Shown here: positions 10,167 through 19,227 of the stretch, piece by piece | Layout of the letters: the number at the start of each line of letters is the position of its first letter | How positions within the stretch are numbered: position 1 is the first letter of the stretch | Assembly (NCBI GenBank): GCA_013178015.1 | Contig: JABLXR010000005.1 | Coordinates: 38,532 to 102,531 of the forward strand | DNA from: Anaerolineae bacterium | GTDB lineage: Bacteria > Chloroflexota > Anaerolineae > DRVO01 | DNA: 64,000 nt | Reading direction: 5' to 3' | Translations under genes and position numbers: made by a program | Notes under the pieces: generated by a model | What the model was told of the DNA's origin: nothing | Databases searched by the model: none | The model's input: only the letters and a program-made list of their open reading frames with translations

Positions 10167-10458
10167 GCGTGCTCCTCTTCTGTATGCGGTTCTGATCATG
10201 GCAGCCGCCGGTGATCCGCACGGATATCACCATGGGCCATCGGTGTGGCCTCAGTCTCCCCCGCGACTCCCGGCGACCGGCCCGACCGGGCGCCAGCCTG
10301 GCCGTTCCGACCGGAGTCCACGTGGCCGGCCCAATGCTGCCGGGAGGCTGTGAGATGCTGTCGCCGAGGCTTGCAGCCCTTCACGAGGGGCGTTCCGTCG
10401 CACCCACCCCGCACGTGCCCTCACGGGAGGTGCCCTCGTGCCGGGGGGACCACGGGCA

Positions 10459-11133
10459 TCATGGTGCACTCTCCTTGACCAGAGCCATGCCAATGAATCC
10501 TCCCCAAGGTATGCGAGCATGCTCGCATGGCGGCCACCGGGGGAAGAGCGTGGTGTACCACACGATGCTGACCTGCGCGCCGGAGGCTGACCGCAGGAGT
10601 CGCTCCAACTCGGCAACGCTGTAGAAGTGGGCCTGGTTGTAGACGGTGGGGCGGAGTAACCCCTCCAGCCGCCTCCGCAAGCCGAGCCAGCTCCAGCGGT
10701 TGAGCACCCCCAGCAGCAAGCCACGCCCCGCCACGCGCAGGGCCTCCCCGAGCGCCTCTTGGGGGTATTGCAGAAACTCGAGCGTGGTAATGAGCGCCAC
10801 TAGATCGAAGGCGTCAGTGGGAAAGGGAAGCTGGACAGCGCTGCCCTGCACCAGTGGAACACCATCGAGCAGTCGAGCTTGAGCCAGCATGGCCTCCGAC
10901 AGGTCGAGCCCCACGACCGCCAGCCCCCGCTCGCTCAACCAGCGAGTGAAGTGGCCCGTGCCACAGCCCACCTCGAGCACACTGCGTGCGTCGGGGAACG
11001 CCCTCAACAGCCGCACCAGGACGGCCTTCTCCAGGGCATCCACCCTCTGCCCCTCCGGGGTCTCGTACCAGGCCTCGTAGTGAGCTGCAGTCCACCTGTC
11101 GAAGGGATTCTCGTCGACCGCCATCCCAGTCAT
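10459..11133 (-). CDS. Class I SAM-dependent methyltransferase
   Basis: Motif I VLEVGCGTGHFTRWL and post-I VVGLDLSEAM. It overlaps the upstream gene stop by 4 nt. Confidence 0.8.
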   Translation of the reverse strand: MTGMAVDENPFDRWTAAHYEAWYETPEGQRVDALEKAVLVRLLRAFPDARSVLEVGCGTGHFTRWLSERGLAVVGLDLSEAMLAQARLLDGVPLVQGSAVQLPFPTDAFDLVALITTLEFLQYPQEALGEALRVAGRGLLLGVLNRWSWLGLRRRLEGLLRPTVYNQAHFYSVAELERLLRSASGAQVSIVWYTTLFPRWPPCEHARIPWGGFIGMALVKESAP

Positions 11134-11387
11134 GGCTCCTCGGGCACCTCACAGGCGTTGGACAAAGTCACCGTCATCACGGTGTCTCCGTGCTGCATAG
11201 CCTTGACGAAGGCGCCTTCGAGGCCACGAAAGACAAGGTGTCCTTCTCCCCACACCAAGGTGCTCATCTGGCCGACGCGCACGTTCAAACCCTGCTGACG
11301 CAAGACGTTCACCGCCTCCCGAATGGCAGGCGCGATAGTATCCTGACGCAAGGGATAGATGCTCAGCTGCGCTGTCACGATCGCCAT
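11130..11387 (-). CDS. MTH1187/YkoF-family (DUF77) small ligand-binding protein
   Basis: 85 aa. The pattern matches the MTH1187 family (SIYPLRQDT...VRVGQMSTLVWGEGHLVF). Confidence 0.65.
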   Translation of the reverse strand: MAIVTAQLSIYPLRQDTIAPAIREAVNVLRQQGLNVRVGQMSTLVWGEGHLVFRGLEGAFVKAMQHGDTVMTVTLSNACEVPEEP

Positions 11388-11414
11388 CTCGCTGCATCCT
11401 CTGCGCTCATCGCT

Positions 11415-12092
11415 TCACCGATGGCGGGGGGAATGCACGGAGACGGCATCCGCCATCAAGCCTTCCAGACGGTCGAGCGTGATGGGGTGGAACTCAACCT
11501 CCAGGCCGGTCCAGTCGAAGAGCTCTAGGACCTCCTCGGCGTGCTCGGCAATGTACTGCTTGGAGAAGCCCAGTCCGTCCAGGACCACTATCTTGTCGTA
11601 GAACCCGGGGAAGTTGGCGTTGGCATCGGCACGATCCCAGCCGAAGTACCCCTGGTAGACCTTCTTCCAGTTCCTGAGCCAGCCGGGCGTGAACCACAAG
11701 ATCTTGTCTTGCCTGCCCCCGCTGATCTGCTGCCGATCTTCGAAGCCAGCCAGTATGTCGTAACCATAGTCCCCTTGTACCCTCACCAGCTCTGGCCCGG
11801 CCGCCTGCAGAATCGTATCCACCCGCTTGAGCGGATCATCGGCGTCAACGTAGCACTTCTTGCCGTAGACGACGATGATGTCACGGTCGCGACATGACTC
11901 TCGCGCTTGCGCCAGCCTCTGGAGCAGATGCTCCTCGAGCCTGTGCGGGAGGGCGTGCAGGCCGGGTGGCGTGAAGAGGACTCGTCGGGCATTGAGGAAG
12001 CCCGTCTGCCTCAGGTAGCGGATCTCCGGATATAGCATCCCACACGATATGAGACAACGACCTTCGAATATCGGCTTGGCTGTATCAGTCAT
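11415..12092 (-). CDS. DUF1638-like protein
   Basis: 225-aa cytosolic protein. I assign it to DUF1638 from recollection only; that family is seen next to corrinoid methyltransferase genes. Confidence 0.4.
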   Translation of the reverse strand: MTDTAKPIFEGRCLISCGMLYPEIRYLRQTGFLNARRVLFTPPGLHALPHRLEEHLLQRLAQARESCRDRDIIVVYGKKCYVDADDPLKRVDTILQAAGPELVRVQGDYGYDILAGFEDRQQISGGRQDKILWFTPGWLRNWKKVYQGYFGWDRADANANFPGFYDKIVVLDGLGFSKQYIAEHAEEVLELFDWTGLEVEFHPITLDRLEGLMADAVSVHSPRHR

Positions 12093-12354
12093 GAGCCTCT
12101 CCTTGGCAGTCGGTCCGCCTCACGGGCAAGCCCTCGGCAGCCCATTTCGGCAGCAGCCAGTCCACCCTCGGCTCTCACGCTCCCGATCGCGGACTCAGCG
12201 GCAGGCTTACCTCGATGGCCTGATCTGTCGCAGGCCTCCGTCCGCGCCCCGCGTCTCAGGCTGCCCCCGTCGGTCACCCCTTGCTCTGGAGCTGCACACC
12301 GTGTCGCCGTCATCTGGGCTAACCTCACTTGCGCTGCTGGCTATGCGTCCTCTA

Positions 12355-13207
12355 TCACTGCAGCGCGATGCTCCAGCCCACGCCGGATAGAATACAGTCC
12401 TCCCCGTACTCGGCAGCGAAGAGCGCCCGCGCCGTGTCGCCCGAGCAGTGGCTGGGCGCCACCTTCTCCACTCCCAGACGGCGAAAAGCCGAGACAATGC
12501 CCTCGATCTGGCCGGCGCTCTGGCTCCCCAGGTGGAACCCCCCCAGCACCAGATGCACGGCCACGTCTTCGCCGATTCGCTTGGCCTGCTCCACCATTCT
12601 GACGATGCCCGGGTGGGCGCAGCCGGTGATAACCACCAGCCCCTCTGCAGACTCCAGGACCAGCGCCTGTTCGCGGATGTCCTCTCCCACCTCGCCCGTG
12701 CTCCAGACACCAGGGATTATCGCCCTCGGCCCGTCCACCTCCACCAGTTGGGCGTCGGCATCCCGCACCTGCTCTTTGAAGCCGACGGGGAACGAGCGAG
12801 GGACGTACACGGTCACACCCCGCGCCCGATTGAGCAGGCCGGCCAGCCCGCCGGTGTGATCGCTGTGAATGTGGGAGAGAACGACGGCCTCGATCCGCTC
12901 GGGATCGAGGCCGAGCAGAGCCATGTTGCTCAGCAGCGCGTCGGAGTCTCCGCCAGTGTCGAAGAGGAGGAGATGGCCACCGTAGTCAATCAGGCAGGAG
13001 AAGCCCCAGGCCGCCTTCAGGCTGGGGTCGTCAACATAGTTGTCGTACACGATGGTGATGGTCACCGCAGCCGGTTCCACTTGCGTGGGCTGCGGAGAAG
13101 GTGCGGGAGCGACGGCCAGCGCACCTCCATGAGCGGTTGCGGTGGCGAGCCGGCATCCGGTCAGCGCCAGGGCAGCCAGAGGCAGGAGAATCAGGAACGC
13201 TTTCACC
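12355..13207 (-). CDS. MBL-fold metallo-hydrolase lipoprotein
   Basis: HxHxDH motif (LSHIHSDHTGG). GTG start followed by a lipobox (LAALALTGC). The N-terminal 68 codons of the listed ORF are probably not translated. Confidence 0.7.
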
Positions 13208-13632
13208 CCATCCCTCCAGGACACGCCTGCGCATGTACTTGGCTCCGCACCCTGTCGCGCGGCGCTCTGGCCGGCGCACTCCTCTACCACCACCAGCCTG
13301 AGGACGGCCGGGCGGAGCCGCTGTTGCGGCATGCCTGGTGCAATCCTACCATAGTACTGGGCAGTCGTACAGTCTTTTGGTACTAGTGCGCTTACGTTTC
13401 CTGGTCCCATCTCCCGACCGGGCAGCGGCGGCCGAGGTCAGGACGGAAGGCGGCACCATCGCGAATGTGCCCAGGCTGAGGCGGGCTCTCTTGGGGAGGC
13501 TCTCTCAGTGTGGCAGGCGGCGCAACGCCGAGCCCCTGGGCGGGCCTTCCTCGCGATGGACTCAGAGCATCTCTCTCAGCCACTGGTCTGGAGCACTTGC
13601 CGCCCTCAGGGGCTGGCGCTGGCCACCGACAT

Positions 13633-13643
13633 GTGGTATAAGG
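13633..13643 (+). promoter_or_regulatory. Extended -10 promoter element TGTGGTATAAG for cspA
   Basis: TGn + TATAAG lies about 130 nt upstream of the csp ATG, matching the long 5' UTR typical of cspA. The same 11-mer recurs at 38034. Confidence 0.4.
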
Positions 13644-13770
13644 GGTCCACTACCCGGAAGATCGGACGCGGGTGGTATGCCACTGCACGATTGCGACGCC
13701 TGAGGACTGACATCCCAAGGTCGGAAAGTGTAGCACGGCAGTTGATTACCCAACAGGGGGTGCCAGTAAG

Positions 13771-14022
13771 ATGGCAGAGCGAATCGAGGGAACAGTCAAG
13801 TGGTTCAGCCGGGATAAGGGCTACGGCTTCATCATCCCGGACAGCGGTGGCAAGGATGTCTTCGTGCACTACTCCGCGATCGAGGGCTCCGGCTTCCGCA
13901 ATCTGGAGGAGAACGATCGAGTGGAGTTCGAGATCGAGGACTCCCCGAAGGGCCCGCAGGCAGCTCACGTCACCCGACTCTCCGGGGGACAGGCTTCGAC
14001 CCAGACCTGGTCGTACAGCTAG
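13771..14022 (+). CDS. cspA: Cold-shock protein (CspA family)
   Basis: Motifs [15 protein letters not shown] and VFVHYSAI (RNP1/RNP2). Confidence 0.9.
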   Translation: MAERIEGTVKWFSRDKGYGFIIPDSGGKDVFVHYSAIEGSGFRNLEENDRVEFEIEDSPKGPQAAHVTRLSGGQASTQTWSYS

Positions 14023-14042
14023 ACTGATCGAGCACGAAAGGC

Positions 14043-14069
14043 AAGCCCCGACCCCACCGGTCGGGGCTT
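14043..14069 (+). terminator. Stem-loop after cspA (AAGCCCCGACC-ccacc-GGTCGGGGCTT)
   Basis: Perfect 11-bp stem about 20 nt after the csp stop. It has no strong U-tract and abuts the GTG start of the next gene. Confidence 0.45.
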
Positions 14070-14071
14070 CT

Positions 14072-15892
14072 GTGCGCCCGGCCCCAGCCCGGCAGCCAAG
14101 GCGGCGCCCACGGCGGGCCGCGGGCGTCTTCGCAGCTCTGCTAATCCTGTTGCTGGTGCTGGGAGGGTGCGCCTCCGCCCCTCGACGGTGGTCCCGGGTG
14201 GAGTTCCCCTCGCCCGCCGCCTCCACCGTCACCGACGTGACCTTCTCCGCCTCCGGGCAGGCGCTGGCCGCCCTGTACGAGCCCGGCGGGGTCTACCGTG
14301 CCTCTTCTGACCCCTCGTCTTGGGAATGGCTGGGAGAGGACCTGGCTGGCCTGACGCCGCTGTCGCTGCTGGCGGATGGCCCCGGCGGCTGTCTGTGGGT
14401 GGGCACTGTGGACGGTGTGTGGGCGGCGTGTGAGGAGGGTACCTCGCGGATCCCAGGGCTGCTCGGACCGGTCTACTCCCTGGCGAGAGCGCCCCGGGGC
14501 GTGTGGGCCGCCGCGGAGGCGGGGCTGTTCTCCTGCTCCGCCGGAGGCTGCGAGCGGGCGACGCTGCCCACCTCTTCCGTGCTGGCTGTGGCCTCGATCC
14601 CCGGGCTCGTCTGCGCCGGGACGGCCGACGAGGGGCTGTGGTGCGCTAGCCAATCCCACCGGGAGTGGTCCAGGCTGGAGGCCCCGGTGGGCATCGTCAA
14701 CGACGTAGTCCTGGGAGAGGATGGCTGGGTCCACCTGATCTCCGTCGGTCACCTCTTTGCCTGCGAGGCCGATGGCGGCGCTTGCCGCGAGGTGTCCCTG
14801 CCAGGGGAGACCGCGGCCAAGGTGGTGGCTCGCGCCGGCGGCACCCTGCTGGTAGGCACCGCCGATGGGGGCGTACACCGCTCTACGGACGGAGGGGAGA
14901 CCTGGTCGGCGGCCCACGGCCCGCCAACGTGGCCCGAGATATCGGCCCTGGCAGTTGGCCCCGAGGGGACGGCTCTGGCCGGCACAGTGGGTTCCGGGTT
15001 GCTGCGCTCGCTCGATGGCGGCGCCACGTGGGAGACCGTAATCGAGGCTCCGGGCCGGCGCCCGGTTCTCGCCCTGATCGGGGCCGAAGACGGCTTCATC
15101 TATGCCGGTACCACCACCGGGGTATACCGGGCGCCAGCGCCGGAGGGCCCGTGGCGCCGGCTCGAGGCCGGGAACGGCCCTCCTGCTACATTCGCCTTGA
15201 TTTGGACCGGCGGTTGCCTCTACGCCGGCTCCGCCTGGGGCGTGCATCGGCTGGAGGAGGCGGATGGTTCCTGGACCCTGGTGACCGAGGAGTTGGGCCG
15301 CCAGACCGTCTTCGCCCTGGCAGCCGACCCCCACCATCCCTCGCACCTCTACGCCGGATGCTGGGGTAACAACGTGCTGGCGTCGGAGGACGGCGGCTCA
15401 ACCTGGGCCCCGGTGCACCGAGGGTTGGAGACGCTGTCCGTGCACAGCCTGGCGGTCTCGCCCTTCGAGCCGGGACGGCTCTACGCCGGCACGGTAGAGG
15501 ACCTCTTCCGCACTCGGGACCGAGGTGAGACGTGGCAGAGCTGCGGCCCCGCCCCCGAGACGGTGTTCGCCTTGGCCCACTCGCCCCGGGACGTCTGCAC
15601 CCTCTACGCCGGGACCACCACCGGAGCCTGGCGGACGGAGGACTGCGGCGATAGTTGGGAGCGCTTGCAACTCCCGGGCCCGGTCACCGTCTACAGCCTG
15701 GCTATTCCTTCAGGCCAGCCGGACGCCCTACTGGCGGGCACCGAGGAGAGTGGCGTCTGGTTCAGCGGCGATGAAGGGAGGAGATGGCAGACGTGGGGGC
15801 TAGAAGGGCGGGATGTGTATTCCCTCTACGTCGGCGATGATGGCAGCGTCCTCGCAGGCACCGACGACGGGCTGTACGTGACTTCCTTCTGA
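14072..15892 (+). CDS. BNR/Asp-box repeat lipoprotein (Ycf48 or sortilin-like beta-propeller)
   Basis: GTG start, Arg-rich n-region, lipobox LVLGGC. At least six Asp-box motifs (STDGGETW, SLDGGATW, SEDGGSTW, TRDRGETW, TEDCGDSW, SGDEGRRW). Confidence 0.7.
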   Translation: MRPAPARQPRRRPRRAAGVFAALLILLLVLGGCASAPRRWSRVEFPSPAASTVTDVTFSASGQALAALYEPGGVYRASSDPSSWEWLGEDLAGLTPLSLLADGPGGCLWVGTVDGVWAACEEGTSRIPGLLGPVYSLARAPRGVWAAAEAGLFSCSAGGCERATLPTSSVLAVASIPGLVCAGTADEGLWCASQSHREWSRLEAPVGIVNDVVLGEDGWVHLISVGHLFACEADGGACREVSLPGETAAKVVARAGGTLLVGTADGGVHRSTDGGETWSAAHGPPTWPEISALAVGPEGTALAGTVGSGLLRSLDGGATWETVIEAPGRRPVLALIGAEDGFIYAGTTTGVYRAPAPEGPWRRLEAGNGPPATFALIWTGGCLYAGSAWGVHRLEEADGSWTLVTEELGRQTVFALAADPHHPSHLYAGCWGNNVLASEDGGSTWAPVHRGLETLSVHSLAVSPFEPGRLYAGTVEDLFRTRDRGETWQSCGPAPETVFALAHSPRDVCTLYAGTTTGAWRTEDCGDSWERLQLPGPVTVYSLAIPSGQPDALLAGTEESGVWFSGDEGRRWQTWGLEGRDVYSLYVGDDGSVLAGTDDGLYVTSF

Positions 15893-16081
15893 GCATCACG
15901 GGGGTCCCTCCGCGGGCTGGCGCGGTAGGGTGGACCACCGCGTCCGCCCTGGGCAGGCACGGTGGCCTGCCCCTACCGGGTCACGGGTACCGCGCCTACG
16001 CCCGGGTCTCAGCTGCGATCGGTGGGTGCGATGCGGGTGCCGTTCTCTCCGTTCGCCCCAATGGCCGGCGCGCTCGGCGCC

Positions 16082-17572
16082 CTACCGCCTGATCAACCGC
16101 ACGTTGCGGAGCTGCACACTCTCGTAGCGCACGTCCTGCTGGGTGCGCAGCCGGGGGCTCAACTCCACCCGGAGCCGGTTGGCTCCCGAGCGCAGCATTC
16201 CCGGCGGTACCTCGAGATGCACCGTCGTCCACACGGAGGCGAAAGGTGTCTTGCCTGTCACCGGGATGGCGGCCAGCCGTTCTCCGTTGAGGTAGACGAA
16301 GTTGGCTCGCTCCTCCAATTGCATGGTCTCCATGACCAGATCCCACCGGTTCGAGCCAGGAGCGTCTAGGTAGAAGGTGGCCTCCCAGCTGCGGGCGGGG
16401 GCGGTGCCCCCGTAGGGCTTGGCCCAATGGACGTAGGCGGTGGCGGTGTCGCTCAGTCGCACCGGAGCGTCCAGTGCCAGCACCTGTACCTCGTCCGAGT
16501 TGGCGAAGAGCTGCTTCGCCAGCCCGGACAGGGCGCGGGTGAGGCGCGACCACCGCAGGGGCATCTGCTGGTTCAGGGCGACCAGCGCTGGGCGGGCCTG
16601 GCCATCGGGAGCCACCAGTCCGTACCCGGACATGGGGTCATCGGCGGCCAACGCGGGGGCCAGGTTCCACACGGCCAGGAACTCCACGGAAGGTAAGGCC
16701 CGACGAACCATCGCCACTGCGCTCGCCAGGTAGCGGGCCTGTAGCTCCGGGCTCACCAGTTGCCAGGCGTCCTGAGGCGAAGCCGGGCCGACCGTCCAGC
16801 CAAACTCGGTGACCCACAGGGGCAGGTGGGGAGAGCCCTGCTCCGCCAGGATTCTCCGCCATACTGCCAGCCGGGCGAAGACGAGGCCGTCGTGGTCGGC
16901 CGCGGCGTCAGGGGGGTGGGCGAAGCCATAGGGGTGGACCGCCTGCGCATCCCAGATAGGGCGCTCCCCGAGCGGGTACAGCGCCCGGAGGAAGCTCAGG
17001 TCGGACACGGCCTCCCGATCGTTCTGGTTGGTGGGGGCCAGTCCGGCGGCCACCACCAAGGCCGCCGGATCGCCTATGCGGACAGCTTGGGTGCCGACCT
17101 GGAGGAGTTCGGCGTATCCCTGGGGGTCGGGGGTTTGGCCGTTCCATTCCAGGGCCAGGTTGGGCTCATTCCAGATGATGTAGGCCCGGACTCGGCCCCG
17201 GTACCGACGAGCCACTCGCTCTACGAAGGCGCCGTAGGCCGCCACATCGAGGGGAGGGGACTCACCGGGCCGCAGAGCCCAGTCGGGCGGGTGATCCAGG
17301 CGCAGCACTAGGCTCAGGCCGTAGTGCTCGCAGGCCTGCACCAGGAAATCGGGGTACTCCCAGTAGTGCTCTCCGGGCGCTGGCTCCACCTGGCGCCACT
17401 CCAGCAGCTGCACTACGGCTCGGAACCCGGTGCGCGCCGCCAGATGCAGCACGGCGTCATCGGCTCCGATGGTGTGAACGGCCAGCACGGGCCCTCCGGT
17501 CGCGCCCCAGAGGGCGGCGGCCAAGAGGGCGGTCGCTAGGGGCAGGCCGAGCCTCCGACCGAGAGTATGCAC
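16082..17572 (-). CDS. Secreted glycoside hydrolase, clan GH-A (GH5-like)
   Basis: Signal peptide. Catalytic motifs WNEPN (acid/base) and WVTEFG (nucleophile). Confidence 0.6.
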   Translation of the reverse strand: MHTLGRRLGLPLATALLAAALWGATGGPVLAVHTIGADDAVLHLAARTGFRAVVQLLEWRQVEPAPGEHYWEYPDFLVQACEHYGLSLVLRLDHPPDWALRPGESPPLDVAAYGAFVERVARRYRGRVRAYIIWNEPNLALEWNGQTPDPQGYAELLQVGTQAVRIGDPAALVVAAGLAPTNQNDREAVSDLSFLRALYPLGERPIWDAQAVHPYGFAHPPDAAADHDGLVFARLAVWRRILAEQGSPHLPLWVTEFGWTVGPASPQDAWQLVSPELQARYLASAVAMVRRALPSVEFLAVWNLAPALAADDPMSGYGLVAPDGQARPALVALNQQMPLRWSRLTRALSGLAKQLFANSDEVQVLALDAPVRLSDTATAYVHWAKPYGGTAPARSWEATFYLDAPGSNRWDLVMETMQLEERANFVYLNGERLAAIPVTGKTPFASVWTTVHLEVPPGMLRSGANRLRVELSPRLRTQQDVRYESVQLRNVRLIRR

Positions 17573-17645
17573 AGGGGTACACCTCCCCGGCGCATATTGG
17601 CGGCATACCGGCTCGCCCGCAAGTGCCCTGGCCCCAGAGGCGTAG

Positions 17646-17749
17646 GGCCACAGAGAAGCGGGTGACGTTCCTGAGTACGGGCATGACTCAATCCACTCAA
17701 AGGGGAGTTCCCTTGTTCCATCCTCTGTGTCTCGGTGTCTCTGTGGGCC
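17646..17749. repeat. Imperfect hairpin element of CACAGAGA-word type
   Basis: Arms GGGCCACAGAGAAG and CCTCTGTGTCTCGGTGTCTCTGTGGGCC sit in the divergent region between the GH5-like gene and the purH-like gene. The words match the arms flanking the GxxExxY gene. Confidence 0.55.
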
Positions 17750-17816
17750 TCCCTATCTTGGCGGTGCGGCGTGGTTGCGCTAGAGTTGCGTCCAGCTCAA
17801 TCACGGAGGGTCGCGA

Positions 17817-18992
17817 GTGGCGGAAAGAGAAATGAGCCTGCGTTATGGGATGAACCCCCACCAGACGCCGGCGAGGGTCTTTGTGGACGAGGGTACGCTG
17901 CCCATAGAGGTGCTGAACGGGCGCCCGGGGTACATCAATCTGCTGGATGCGCTCAATTCGTGGCAACTGGTGCGGGAGCTGCGACAGGTGCTGGACCTGC
18001 CTGCGGCCGCGTCGTTCAAGCACGTCAGCCCGGCGGGGGCAGCGGTGGGAGTGCCACTGAGCGATGATCTGCGGCGGGCGTACTTCATCGAGGAGGAGGA
18101 CCTCTCTCCCCTGGCGGCAGCATACGCCCGGGCTCGTGGGGCCGACCGGATGTCTTCCTTCGGGGATTGGGCGGCTCTGAGTGACCCGTGCGACGTGGAC
18201 ACAGCTCGTCTCCTGCGCCGCGAAGTCTCCGACGGTGTCATCGCGCCGGGGTACGAACCTGAGGCGCTGGAGATCCTCAAGGCCAAGAAAGGCGGTGCCT
18301 ACCCGGTGATTCTCGTGGACCCCGCTTACGCGCCACCGGAGATGGAGACCCGTCAGGTATTCGGGATCCGGTTCGAGCAAAGGCGGAACGAGGCCCTGCC
18401 CACGCCCGAGTCGTTCCGGGAGATCGTCACTCGCCGCAAGGATCTCTCCCAGGAAGCGCTGCGGGACATGATGGTCTCGTTCGTCACTCTGAAATACACC
18501 CAGTCCAACTCGGTGTGCCTGGCTAAGGACGGCCAGATCATCGGCAACGGGGCGGGGCAGCAGTCGCGGGTGCACTGCACCCGGCTGGCGGCGCAGAAGG
18601 CCGACCTGTGGTGGCTGCGCCAGCATCCGGCGGTCCTGGGACTCCGGTTCAGGAAGGGGTTGGGCCGGCCCGAGCGGGACAACGCCATTGACCAGTTCCT
18701 GCGGGACGACGTGATCCCGGCCGAGGAGCGGGTGTGGCGACAATCCTTCGTCGAGGTGCCGAAGCGGCTGACGGCAGAGGAGAAGCGCCGGTGGATCGCC
18801 GGCCTGAAAGGGGTGACGCTAGGCTCGGACGCTTTCATACCCTTTGCCGACACCATCAACCGGGCGGCGCAGAGCGGGGTGGAGTACATCATGCAGCCGG
18901 GCGGATCGGTGCGGGATGAGGATGTCATCGCGGCCTGCGATGAGTACGGGATGGTGATGGTCTATACGGGGGTGAGGCTGTTCCACCACTAG
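17817..18992 (+). CDS. purH: AICAR transformylase domain protein (PurH-like, formyltransferase domain only)
   Basis: Motifs YGMNPHQ and KHVSPAG. The 391 aa cover the AICARFT domain only, with no MGS-like IMP cyclohydrolase domain. Confidence 0.75.
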   Translation: MAEREMSLRYGMNPHQTPARVFVDEGTLPIEVLNGRPGYINLLDALNSWQLVRELRQVLDLPAAASFKHVSPAGAAVGVPLSDDLRRAYFIEEEDLSPLAAAYARARGADRMSSFGDWAALSDPCDVDTARLLRREVSDGVIAPGYEPEALEILKAKKGGAYPVILVDPAYAPPEMETRQVFGIRFEQRRNEALPTPESFREIVTRRKDLSQEALRDMMVSFVTLKYTQSNSVCLAKDGQIIGNGAGQQSRVHCTRLAAQKADLWWLRQHPAVLGLRFRKGLGRPERDNAIDQFLRDDVIPAEERVWRQSFVEVPKRLTAEEKRRWIAGLKGVTLGSDAFIPFADTINRAAQSGVEYIMQPGGSVRDEDVIAACDEYGMVMVYTGVRLFHH

Positions 18993-19227
18993 GGGGTGCC
19001 GCGCCCTCTGAGTCACCTGACTTCGGGCCAGTACCCTTTGTGCGCTTCAGCCAACAGGGAAGCACTCCGCTGTTTCCTGCCGCGGAGTGCGTGGGCCGCC
19101 GACCGGCCAGCCGCAACTGCCTTCCCGCTCATTCCCGCGCCCGGAGCGCTGGGGGCCAAGCCTGCCCGTGTTCGGGTCAGCGGTGCGCCGATCGGCACAG
19201 GGTGAGTAGTCTGAGGGGGAGGGGCAG

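Noticed and set aside
12448-13386. 312-aa plus-strand ORF antisense to the MBL lipoprotein gene
   Set aside because: It has no motifs. The minus strand has HxHxDH and a lipobox.
13508-14071. 5' part of the 794-aa ORF that runs through the cspA region in another frame
   Set aside because: It overlaps the well-supported cspA gene and its leader. A GTG at 14072 gives a clean lipoprotein signal peptide, so I treat the upstream 188 codons as non-coding read-through of a high-GC frame.
14141-15346. 401-aa minus-strand ORF antisense to the BNR lipoprotein gene
   Set aside because: Low-complexity Gly/Arg/Pro-rich translation. The plus strand has six Asp-box repeats.
17697-18743. 348-aa minus-strand ORF antisense to the PurH-like gene
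   Set aside because: It has no recognisable motifs and a Pro/Arg/Gly-rich composition typical of antisense frames in high-GC DNA. The plus-strand frame carries clear AICARFT motifs.
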